The notes under the pieces were generated by a model. It was given only the letters and a program-made list of their open reading frames with translations, had not been told where the DNA came from and ran no database searches. Made by a program: the position numbers and the translations under genes. DNA of 32,000 nt from Staphylothermus hellenicus DSM 12710 (GTDB lineage: Archaea; Thermoproteota; Thermoprotei_A; Sulfolobales; Desulfurococcaceae), in NCBI RefSeq assembly GCF_000092465.1, contig NC_014205.1:1380001-1412000 (forward strand). Reading direction: 5' to 3'. Shown piece after piece: positions 7,973 through 16,804 of this stretch (positions within the stretch are counted from its first letter, which is position 1; every line of letters starts with the position of its first letter).

Positions 7973-9345
7973 AAACCAGTCACCACAATGCGGGCTATTC
8001 GCGAAGACGAGCCGCCTAAGAGTCTAGCTAATGCTAGAGATGCTGAAAATAAAACTGATAAGTAAATCATTGGTCCTAGAAATAGTCTATATATTAGGAT
8101 CGTTATTGGATAAACCAGGTTGGTTAGATCATTCATTTCTATGCCTAAAGTATCTCTTCCATAATATATTTCATCAAATACTGGCTCAGCTGTGCCGGAT
8201 AAAACATATGTAATCTCCACTAAGTGGTTACCCCTCGATAAACTGTACTCTTCTGCTTCAAACTTTGCTCCGCCCCATTCATAGGAATATGTGGTGGCAG
8301 GTTCTGCTTGAACATTATCTATTGATACAGAGAAGCTGTCGCTTTCTAAACCAATAATAATCATTGATGTAGCTTCTGATGCATTAATGTTGAGAATCGC
8401 TAGTGAATCATCCATGTAGAGGAGGCTGAAATTATTATAATTCATTAGTGCTAAGTATCTTAGAGGCTTAATAACTACTAGGTTATTGATTTTAATTGTT
8501 ATATTAACTATTCCTCTGCTTGAAGGATATTTTTTAGGATCAATCATGGTTTCATAGTGATAACCTGCAACATCTATTTTAACTCTATGCATACTATAAG
8601 GTATGCCTGTCTCAACAGTTGATGCATTAATGAATCCATTGGGATCAGATCTGTATCTAGCTTGAAGCTTGTTGTTTAAACTATATATTTCATATAAGCA
8701 ATAAGGAACACCAATATTGTTGTCGTCATAAACATGTATTTTTGCAAAAACAAATCCTTCATTACTAACACCTAAAATACTGGGAGGAGATATTGTATCT
8801 ATAAATCTAGGCATTAATGGCGTTCCAATACTGAATATTATCACTAAAGAAATAAGCATAGCCCCACTACTCCTCGTTATTCTAAAAGGAACGGAATGTA
8901 GAAGTATTCCCAGAGATAATATTGTTGGAGCCAATGTTACCAGTGCAGTTATTAAGATCGATGTTGTAATGAGAAACATTAACAAATATGTTAAACTCGA
9001 TACAAGAGGAGAAATCATAGAATTAGCGATAAATCCCAGACCAATACTGGATAACCCGATACCTATAAGTTTCAGCATAAGAATTGTCGTAACTATAACA
9101 TTTATCTCGTTTGCAAACCATAAATAATAGTTGTTCCAATCCGATCCCAGAGCTTCTCCGAGATAACCTATAATCCATAAAATAAAAGTATATGAGAATA
9201 CTAAAATAGCGGAAAATATACCATCAACCATTAGCTGGGGAGCCCATTTCTTTAAGCCATAAAAAGGTATTGGCAACATATAAATGAGGGTACCCATGTA
9301 ATAGGATAGAACAGATAAATAAAACGCTATCACTAATAGTTCCAT
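7969..9345 (-). CDS. polytopic membrane protein with a large beta-rich extracytoplasmic insert (candidate CedA/VirB6-like channel component)
   Basis: About 6 hydrophobic helices in residues 1-180. A ~220-residue hydrophilic, beta-strand-like region follows (VFAKIHVYDDNNIGVPYCLYEIYSL...VKIDVAGYHYETMID...). C-terminal hydrophobic helices (LVYPITILIYRLFLGPMIYLSVLFSASLALA) close the protein. The CDS itself is solid; the function is inferred from operon context. Confidence 0.6.
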   Translation of the reverse strand: MELLVIAFYLSVLSYYMGTLIYMLPIPFYGLKKWAPQLMVDGIFSAILVFSYTFILWIIGYLGEALGSDWNNYYLWFANEINVIVTTILMLKLIGIGLSSIGLGFIANSMISPLVSSLTYLLMFLITTSILITALVTLAPTILSLGILLHSVPFRITRSSGAMLISLVIIFSIGTPLMPRFIDTISPPSILGVSNEGFVFAKIHVYDDNNIGVPYCLYEIYSLNNKLQARYRSDPNGFINASTVETGIPYSMHRVKIDVAGYHYETMIDPKKYPSSRGIVNITIKINNLVVIKPLRYLALMNYNNFSLLYMDDSLAILNINASEATSMIIIGLESDSFSVSIDNVQAEPATTYSYEWGGAKFEAEEYSLSRGNHLVEITYVLSGTAEPVFDEIYYGRDTLGIEMNDLTNLVYPITILIYRLFLGPMIYLSVLFSASLALARLLGGSSSRIARIVVTGL

Positions 9346-9391
9346 GAGACAATCCCTGCAGAGTTTATTGTTTTAGAAGAACTCTTTAATA

Positions 9392-9658
9392 TTAAATAGT
9401 CGGAGGCTCCGGTAGAGGCTGGTAAAACGTATTTGCAACATAAGCTATCAATGCAAATACAGTAGTACCCATTGCTAACCAGAAAGCAGCCCACACTGCA
9501 TCCTCTATTAGCCTCTCCCCTGCTCTTTTAACCCTCATAAATGGAATAGGAGCCCCTTTAATAGCCCAACCTATAACCCATGTTAGAAAGAAAACTATCC
9601 AAGCAACAACAGTTATATTAACAATTATTTCCTGGATAAATCCTATTATGTCTGTCAA
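9392..9658 (-). CDS. 88-aa helix-loop-helix membrane protein (candidate CedA1/VirB2-like pilin)
   Basis: TTG start with GGGTGA SD 7 nt upstream. Two long hydrophobic helices are separated by the basic loop KGAPIPFMRVKRAGER. First gene of the operon, 46 nt upstream of the polytopic protein gene. Confidence 0.55.
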   Translation of the reverse strand: MTDIIGFIQEIIVNITVVAWIVFFLTWVIGWAIKGAPIPFMRVKRAGERLIEDAVWAAFWLAMGTTVFALIAYVANTFYQPLPEPPTI

Positions 9659-10070
9659 AATACTTCACCCTTTAATACGAAGAACATGTTTAAGTAATAG
9701 TGAGTTCTGTGAAAGTATTATTCCCTGTTATATTCTATAATGATCCCAGAATTTATTGTTCCAGCAGAGAAATACTGTATACCACTAAGTTTTGATTCGT
9801 GAACATATAATATTACAGGAATAACGTAATTTTCATATAAACACAATAGAGTATATTGCAGGGTTAAATGATGCTTTCCCTATATTAAATAGTGCCTATT
9901 CATTGTTGGACGCATCCTTTCATTCAACTCTTATAAACTGAATCTAGATAACTGCAAAATAAATAACCATCTAAATACTATAAAACACTTGAAGCAAACA
10001 TAAAAGCCCACGATTAATTTAACAGTTAAAAATAAAGGTTTAAACAAAATAGGCCCATGGAGATATTGTA
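9659..10070. promoter_or_regulatory. unusually long (412 bp) AT-rich divergent intergenic region between the membrane/ATPase operon and the PP-loop gene
   Basis: No ORF longer than ~20 codons on either strand by my reading. Several TATA-like A/T runs. It must carry both divergent promoters. Confidence 0.4.
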
Positions 10071-12041
10071 ATGAAGAAAATATGGCCTAAAAAGACAAGG
10101 ATTTACTGGGACCCAGAATATAATATACCGATAGTTAAGCCTTTACCGGGACAAGAGGATCTATTCTATATACTAAAACTCACAGAACCAGGCGATGCTA
10201 GACCAGCGTTTCATATTGATCATGAAAGGCTAATTAATGCTATAAAATATGAGTTTGGCGATGAAAAAATCTACAATGCATTCTTCAAGGACTATTTCAC
10301 ATTGCTTAACAAGGTTCCTCATTGGGATCAAATGTGGGAAACAATTGCTTCTGGTAATGTATTGGGCCAATTATACTATGATCCATTCCGTGAAAGATGG
10401 AGGTTTAGACTAAATTATGCAGGTGCATATATTGCTGTTAGAGACGGCCTCGTAGATCTTGTTAAAACCAGTAGTAAAGTCTTTAGAGGAACCTATATTA
10501 ATAAGTCCTCTACTAGTTCGCGTCAAGTAGTGATTATCAATGAGAAAGATGAAATAGTGGGTATTGGTGAAAATGTAGGGGATAAAATAATTGTTATAAA
10601 AACGTTCAGAGAAAAACGCTTACCAGTAGAAACCAGTATGAAGAAATCAAATTTGGAAACAGTCCTGAAACACAATGATTACGGCATAGAATTCTATAGA
10701 AGGAAAGCTGTAAAATTCCTAAGAAAACTCTACGAGAAAAACAAACTACCCATTGTTGTATCGTATTCTGGGGGAAAGGATAGTTTAACAGCATTGAATT
10801 TAACGCTTGAAGCATTTGGAGACGCTGAATTACTATTTAATGATACCGGGTTAGAATTACCGGAAACTATTAAGAACGTTGAGCATGTTTCAAAACATTA
10901 TGGTTTAAAATTAGTTAAGGCATCTGCAGGCGATGCATTCTGGAAATCAGTTTGGATCTTTGGTCCCCCCGGGAAAGATTATCGTTGGTGCTGTAAAGTA
11001 GCGAAGCTTGTGCCTATTGCTCGAGTAACCAGGGCTAAATGGGGTAATGGTGCACTAAATATTGTTGGTCAGAGAGCATATGAATCAATAGATCGTGCAA
11101 GAAGCCCTAGTGTTTGGAGAAATAGGTGGGTTCCACATCTATTGAGCGCATCACCTATTCAGGAATGGAACCAACTAGTTGAATGGCTTTATATAATTAA
11201 GTATAAGCTTCCATACAATAAACTATATGATATAGGGTTTGAAAGACTCGGATGTTATGTCTGCCCCTCAAGCACGCTAGCCGAGTTTAAGGAGATAGAA
11301 AAACATTACCCGGAAGAATGGCGGAAATGGATTAATGTTCTAGAGTATTGGAGGAAAAAATTAGATCAACCAATTGAGTGGATAAAGTATGGTTTGTGGA
11401 GATGGTTAACTCCAGCAGTGGCTAAATATAGATTAGCAAGACATATACCGGGATACAATGTAGATTGGAGACGAGAATATATATTAAGACTGCTGAATAG
11501 CACTGTCAATTTAGCCCCACTAAAGACCTCCTCTATTAATGAACATTTAACTATTATATTCAACAAGAACATAATTATTGACGAAGCACAACAACAACTA
11601 ATACATAATATACTTATGCTTAAGAAGAAAATCTATAGAGACAACGACAAGATCATAATTGAAACTAAAAATACAAGTATTATAATAGAGAAGAACAAGG
11701 TTGAGGTGTATCCTTATAAAGAACCTGAAAATTTAGAAGATCTAGTAGATCTCCTAAAAATAATATATAGAATCTATGGATGCGCCAAATGCGGAAGCTG
11801 CGTATTATGGTGTCCTCTAAAAATAATAAAGCTAACAAAATACGGGCCTATACCAACAAAGCCATGTATGGGTTGCAGAATATGCTTAGAAGTCTGCCCT
11901 ATCTCCGAGATATTGGTGGAGAAAGTAGTATTGCCATTGATAACAAATGATCCGGGTATATGGAAGAGGCCTAGTAGGAAACATGGATTGGAAGTTATAG
12001 AAACATTTCGTATGGCAGGGATAATACCTGGCGAAACTTAG
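10071..12041 (+). CDS. PP-loop ATP pyrophosphatase of the PAPS-reductase/DndC-like family with an N-terminal PUA-like region and a C-terminal 2x[4Fe-4S] ferredoxin domain
   Basis: PP-loop VVSYSGGKDS. Family motifs YRWCCKVAKL, GQRAYESIDRA and RLGCYVCP. C-terminal CAKCGSCVLWCP and CMGCRICLEVCP (two CxxCxxCxxxCP clusters). Residues ~100-180 (VVIINEKDEIVGIGE...) look PUA-like. Confidence 0.8.
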   Translation: MKKIWPKKTRIYWDPEYNIPIVKPLPGQEDLFYILKLTEPGDARPAFHIDHERLINAIKYEFGDEKIYNAFFKDYFTLLNKVPHWDQMWETIASGNVLGQLYYDPFRERWRFRLNYAGAYIAVRDGLVDLVKTSSKVFRGTYINKSSTSSRQVVIINEKDEIVGIGENVGDKIIVIKTFREKRLPVETSMKKSNLETVLKHNDYGIEFYRRKAVKFLRKLYEKNKLPIVVSYSGGKDSLTALNLTLEAFGDAELLFNDTGLELPETIKNVEHVSKHYGLKLVKASAGDAFWKSVWIFGPPGKDYRWCCKVAKLVPIARVTRAKWGNGALNIVGQRAYESIDRARSPSVWRNRWVPHLLSASPIQEWNQLVEWLYIIKYKLPYNKLYDIGFERLGCYVCPSSTLAEFKEIEKHYPEEWRKWINVLEYWRKKLDQPIEWIKYGLWRWLTPAVAKYRLARHIPGYNVDWRREYILRLLNSTVNLAPLKTSSINEHLTIIFNKNIIIDEAQQQLIHNILMLKKKIYRDNDKIIIETKNTSIIIEKNKVEVYPYKEPENLEDLVDLLKIIYRIYGCAKCGSCVLWCPLKIIKLTKYGPIPTKPCMGCRICLEVCPISEILVEKVVLPLITNDPGIWKRPSRKHGLEVIETFRMAGIIPGET

Positions 12042-14839
12042 TCATTATCTTTTAAATAAGTCTTAATTCTTAGATACTTCTTCTCGCTCTCATATAATTC
12101 GCTATATAAATCGTGGCCTTCAAGCACACGGTTAATTACACGAATAGCCTCGCTCACCCCGACTCCTCTAGAAGCTAGAACCTTGAGAGCTAATTCTCCG
12201 AACTGTGAATAAAGTATTGCTCGTTTCCTAAGATCTTCAAGAACAGCCTTTTCTTTCCTGCTTAACTTTGTTCTATTTAAAGCCTTCTTAACAATTATAG
12301 CTTCTTTCTCAGCATCCCCTTTAACCGGTGCCAGAGCCATATATCCACATCTAGGACATTTCCTAATATTAACCAACTTGCTTACGGTATCGGTGACCAC
12401 GTATCCACAATGTAAACATATTAAGCTCATCCGCCTCTTCATTATATGCTGCAAATACTTCTCCCTACCTGCCAATGAGGCTGGCATTACTGTTCTTATT
12501 TCACCATAATATGTTACTAACTGTCTCCCCCCATTAGTTAGTTTACTTGTAATTCTAGAGACAACTTTTATTTTACCATTTATGACTAAGTCAGCCAGTT
12601 TTCTGATTGATTCAATATCATAGTCTTTCCATAAAATCTCGTTTAACGCTTCATATCCTATAACAGTGTCCACAAAGGCTTCGAGCATAGCTCTAGTAAT
12701 TTTGTTTTTCTCAGGATCTATTGCTCCAAATCGTTGGGCTACTTGAAATATTCTCCAATGAATAGTGCCTTGTTCAATTGCTATTCTCTTTAAAATTTTA
12801 TGGTTCAGATATCGATTAATATTATGTATTACTTGTTCTATTGTTCTAACTACTTCTCTAACATATTGTTTATTATTTAATGTAATGAACACTGCGTATG
12901 GAGTAGAGTATGCATTAATTCTTAGAAACGGGTATCTCCATTGAACTACTGATTTCAATAGATCCCTCATAAACCTATTAACTCTTGAACCCCCATTAAT
13001 ATTAACTATTACGAGGCCGAGTTCAGTATTTCCCTCAATTATAATGGTTTTATCATCGGCGAGATCATTAATGCCTTCAAGTTTTATTTTATCATCCAAT
13101 AAGAGTGTTTTATAATAGTCAATCTTCTTGTTTGAAGAAATTCTTCTTATAAGTGATCCGACTTCTCTAGCTAGCTTGTATTCTACCGGTATGTTTTCGC
13201 CCTCCCAGTGAGGTATTACTATATTTTCGGATGCGCTATATGGTTCAACATATAGTTTAGCATTTTGTTGATCATATCCTATGACTTTCCACGGTTTTCC
13301 CCCAATAACTACTATGTCTCCTTCAGAGATATTTAGAACAACGTATTCCTCGTTTAACACACCTATTCGGCGGTCATCTACAATATTTATTATTATAACG
13401 TCTTTAGTGAATGGAATCATTGATGTTTTATATATGAATAATTTTGACCTAGAAGTTGGCTTGATAATATTATCTCTAACCTTGATAAGCCTAGCATATT
13501 TTAAGTATTCGATTAAGTCGTTGAATTCTTTTACATCAAGATCTCTATATATAGGATTCATAATTAACAATGAGTAAAGATCATATATGTTAATACCCCC
13601 AGTAAACAAACTATATAATACAATGGAATAAGCAAGAACATCTAATGGCTTAACAGGTATTCTCTCTTCCTCTATAACATTATTAATCGCTCTTCTAGCT
13701 ATTACGAGGGATTCTAGTATTTGTAAAGTATTGTTTTGAACAATTATTTCTCCACGAGAAACCCCAAATAATTTATGGCCGCTCCTACCAATTCTCTGAA
13801 CAAGCCTGACAACTTGTCTCGGAGACATGTATTGAATAACATAATCAATAAATCCAATATCAATACCTAGTTCCATGCTTGAAGTCGCAATTAAACCTTT
13901 TAAATATCCATTCCTAAAATCTTCTTCAACCCTTAATCTATGATTCCTTGACAAGCTTCCATGGTGAACTTCTACACGAACATTATTACCTCCTAATTTT
14001 TCGTCAGCAACTTTTAATAAATAACCAAGCTTCTCAGCTATCGATCTAGTATTGACAAATATGAGAATACTCCTCTTAGATCTAAACAAGTCATATATTC
14101 TAAGAATTCTAGCAATTAATTCTTCATCATCTATAATTGAGCCGAGAAGTTTACATTTATAATTATCCTTGCACTGGGGAACCACTACTTTTACATCGAT
14201 AGGCTTCAAAGTATTATCGATCAGCACATCTACGTTGCTAGGAAAAGTTGAACTACTCAATATTTCCATTGCCAAATTAATATTTTTCAAAGTTGCCGTT
14301 AAAGCGATCTTGATAAGTTTACGTCTGAGATGATGTTCTAATAGATAAATACTCGTTAATAATAATATACCACGTTTATTTTCTATTAAATCTCTAAATT
14401 CATCAATAACAATATATTTTAAATTAGCAAGATGTTTTCTCATCTTATTATTTATCAATATATAATTAAATGTTTCAGGAGTTGTAACGAGAATGTGAGG
14501 CGGATTTGCTTCAATATATTTGCGGATCTTATAGGGAGTGTCACCATGCCTTAAATTTATTGAAACCCCAAAACATTTAGCTAGCTTTTCCATTCTTTTC
14601 TTAATATCTCTATTAAGCGCTCTTAATGGTGTTATATAAATAGCCGATATTGGCTTATACCTATACTTATTTATTCTATACATTATTGGCAGCAGAGCAG
14701 CTTCTGTTTTACCAGAACCAGTTGGTGCAACAATTATTACAGAGTTTTTTTCATTATATATAGCTTTGAATGCTTTTTTCTGGAGAGATGTAAGTTCCCT
14801 ATATCCTATTTTCTGCAGACATTTAACAATATTGGTCAT
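12038..14839 (-). CDS. lhr: Lhr-type superfamily-2 DNA/RNA helicase with a C-terminal zinc ribbon
   Basis: Motif I APTGSGKTEAALLP, Ia YITPLRALNRD, II VIDEFRD, III LTATL, V ATSSMELGIDIG, VI QRIGRSGH. Long Lhr-like C-terminal extension with CLHCGYVV...CPRCG. Its stop overlaps the PP-loop gene stop by 4 nt (convergent). Confidence 0.85.
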   Translation of the reverse strand: MTNIVKCLQKIGYRELTSLQKKAFKAIYNEKNSVIIVAPTGSGKTEAALLPIMYRINKYRYKPISAIYITPLRALNRDIKKRMEKLAKCFGVSINLRHGDTPYKIRKYIEANPPHILVTTPETFNYILINNKMRKHLANLKYIVIDEFRDLIENKRGILLLTSIYLLEHHLRRKLIKIALTATLKNINLAMEILSSSTFPSNVDVLIDNTLKPIDVKVVVPQCKDNYKCKLLGSIIDDEELIARILRIYDLFRSKRSILIFVNTRSIAEKLGYLLKVADEKLGGNNVRVEVHHGSLSRNHRLRVEEDFRNGYLKGLIATSSMELGIDIGFIDYVIQYMSPRQVVRLVQRIGRSGHKLFGVSRGEIIVQNNTLQILESLVIARRAINNVIEEERIPVKPLDVLAYSIVLYSLFTGGINIYDLYSLLIMNPIYRDLDVKEFNDLIEYLKYARLIKVRDNIIKPTSRSKLFIYKTSMIPFTKDVIIINIVDDRRIGVLNEEYVVLNISEGDIVVIGGKPWKVIGYDQQNAKLYVEPYSASENIVIPHWEGENIPVEYKLAREVGSLIRRISSNKKIDYYKTLLLDDKIKLEGINDLADDKTIIIEGNTELGLVIVNINGGSRVNRFMRDLLKSVVQWRYPFLRINAYSTPYAVFITLNNKQYVREVVRTIEQVIHNINRYLNHKILKRIAIEQGTIHWRIFQVAQRFGAIDPEKNKITRAMLEAFVDTVIGYEALNEILWKDYDIESIRKLADLVINGKIKVVSRITSKLTNGGRQLVTYYGEIRTVMPASLAGREKYLQHIMKRRMSLICLHCGYVVTDTVSKLVNIRKCPRCGYMALAPVKGDAEKEAIIVKKALNRTKLSRKEKAVLEDLRKRAILYSQFGELALKVLASRGVGVSEAIRVINRVLEGHDLYSELYESEKKYLRIKTYLKDND

Positions 14840-14935
14840 AGTACATTTTCCCTTATAATAAGAGGGGTAAAACCCTTTTTAATTATCGCTGTATTATTAT
14901 AGATAACGAAATAAAATCTCTTATAAAAAATAATT
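14840..14935. promoter_or_regulatory. 96-bp divergent promoter region between the Lhr helicase and the membrane-anchored ATPase
   Basis: TATA-like elements are visible: CTTATAATAAG at 14852-14862 and TTATAAAAAA at 14921-14930. The exact transcription start sites cannot be assigned. Confidence 0.35.
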
Positions 14936-16804
14936 ATGAAAAATATGGATGATGATATGATTAATAAATATGTAGCTTGGATAAGGATTATTGTTGGGCT
15001 CATCATCAATTTCTTATATGTACATATATTGTCTCTTGTCTATAGCGGTTATAATATAGGTGGTCTAATACCTAATCCGTATTCCAATAGTGTTGTAATT
15101 TTTTTATTAAATATCGTCTTTGTTCTCGTTTCAAGCCTATTATATTCTTCGAACATTCTCGGAGTAATAAACTATACTATTATATATTGGTTAAATAAGT
15201 ATGTACTCAAATCCGGAATTGGTACAGCATTTTATGTTTATATGTTCTCACTTATCATAGCTCTAATATTTACTATATTGATTACTACAAAAATTTTGGG
15301 AACACATGATCTTATTCGAGAATATAGTTTTATAAAATCATTTGATATTTCTATTTTACATTTAATTACAATATATTTATCTATTCTTTCACTTAGCTTG
15401 CCTTTTTTATATCCTGTTTTCTATAGGGCCATGAAGTATTTTCTAATGGATAATATTGGCATAGTTGCTAATGCGATCATAACATCTGTATTTTCGCTGC
15501 AGGGTATGAGGAAATACATATATATTGTTCCTCTAGGAGTACTATCTATCTTTAGCTATTTAGCATCAGTTCCAATTATAGCATATATTTTATCTATTAT
15601 GATATCATATGAAGTATTTGAGTATAAATTATCAAAAATAATAACTCAGAACAGCGAACACATATATTTTGGAAAGATAAAAGCGATCCTTACATATGGT
15701 GTTCCTAGAAAAGTGTATCAGGAAATACATCATTATCGCCTCAAAAAGAAGACATGGTTTTGGAGAGCGATCGAAAAACCTCTATATATAGATCTAACAT
15801 CTTTGCCTAACAGACATATTTTAATAACAGGTGCAAGTGGTACGGGAAAGTCCTTGCTTGCAAAACATCTTGTCCTCGAAATTTATAAAAAATACGGACA
15901 TTCCTTTATAATTATAGATCCACATAATGAATATAAAATTCTTAGAAGATATATCCCTAAAATAAACATAGTAGATGCTTCAACACTTAGCATTAATCCA
16001 TTGGAACTTGGACGCTTAGGCCCGAAAGAAAAAGCATACCAGATATCAAGTTTCATATCAACCCTTTTCAAACTAGGCCCGATACAGAGGCATTTATTTG
16101 CAGACCTAATATTAGAGGTATATAGGTTAAAAGGAATTTATCCGGATAAGCCGGAAACGTGGAGCAATAAACCTCCGACAATACATGATCTATTAGAGTT
16201 CTGTCAGAGATTAATGAGTGATAATGAGCTCTATAAGAAAATCTATCCATATCTGCGAATTCTAGCTGATAACGTCTTTAGCTCGACAAATATTAGCTTT
16301 TATGATCTAACAAAAACTCCTACAATAGTGACCCTAAATGGTTTAAGTAGTGATTTTGTAAAGGCATTATATGTGAATGCTCTTTTACAGAGAATATTGG
16401 ATAGTATGTATATTGGTGAGTTAAGGAAGAAACTAATGATAGTGCTTGATGAAGCATATATGTTTCTTAGAAAAGGATTAAGCAGAAACATTGTATCAAA
16501 ACTATTAATGGAGAGCAGAAAATATGGTCTAGGATTAATAATTATATCACAACAGATCCTAGCAGTACCGGATCCTGTTGTGGAAAATTCTTCTATAAAG
16601 ATCTTTTTCAACACATCTGAGCCTAAAAACCTGGAATACTCTTCCCGGATAATATGTAGTGGATGCGATAAATACGGAATTATTGCTTCAAAATCGGCTT
16701 TAACAAATCTTAAAAGCTATAATTATATTCTATCAATTAGTGGGTTTAACGAAATATTTATTGTTAATGAAGAGGATATTGCACAAAATATGTATGCAGG
16801 GTGA
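14936..16804 (+). CDS. HerA/FtsK-type (DUF87-like) P-loop ATPase fused to an N-terminal polytopic membrane domain
   Basis: Residues ~10-230 contain ~7 hydrophobic helices. The ATPase part has Walker A ILITGASGTGKSLLAKH, the HerA-like IIIDPHNEY, Walker B LMIVLDEAYMF and ESRKYGLGLIIISQQ. Confidence 0.8.
   Translation: MKNMDDDMINKYVAWIRIIVGLIINFLYVHILSLVYSGYNIGGLIPNPYSNSVVIFLLNIVFVLVSSLLYSSNILGVINYTIIYWLNKYVLKSGIGTAFYVYMFSLIIALIFTILITTKILGTHDLIREYSFIKSFDISILHLITIYLSILSLSLPFLYPVFYRAMKYFLMDNIGIVANAIITSVFSLQGMRKYIYIVPLGVLSIFSYLASVPIIAYILSIMISYEVFEYKLSKIITQNSEHIYFGKIKAILTYGVPRKVYQEIHHYRLKKKTWFWRAIEKPLYIDLTSLPNRHILITGASGTGKSLLAKHLVLEIYKKYGHSFIIIDPHNEYKILRRYIPKINIVDASTLSINPLELGRLGPKEKAYQISSFISTLFKLGPIQRHLFADLILEVYRLKGIYPDKPETWSNKPPTIHDLLEFCQRLMSDNELYKKIYPYLRILADNVFSSTNISFYDLTKTPTIVTLNGLSSDFVKALYVNALLQRILDSMYIGELRKKLMIVLDEAYMFLRKGLSRNIVSKLLMESRKYGLGLIIISQQILAVPDPVVENSSIKIFFNTSEPKNLEYSSRIICSGCDKYGIIASKSALTNLKSYNYILSISGFNEIFIVNEEDIAQNMYAG

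Noticed and set aside
9758-9772. GTTCCAGCAGAGAAA, which resembles a crenarchaeal origin-recognition-box core (TTCCAGTGGAAA)
   Set aside because: It is a single degenerate copy with several mismatches. There are no inverted partner repeats, and no cdc6/orc1 gene is nearby.
9868-9941. Possible C/D-box sRNA (AUGAUGC ... CUGA, 74 nt apart) in the long intergenic region
   Set aside because: The C box is imperfect (ends in C). There are no internal D'/C' boxes and no terminal stem. The match is easily expected by chance in AT-rich DNA.
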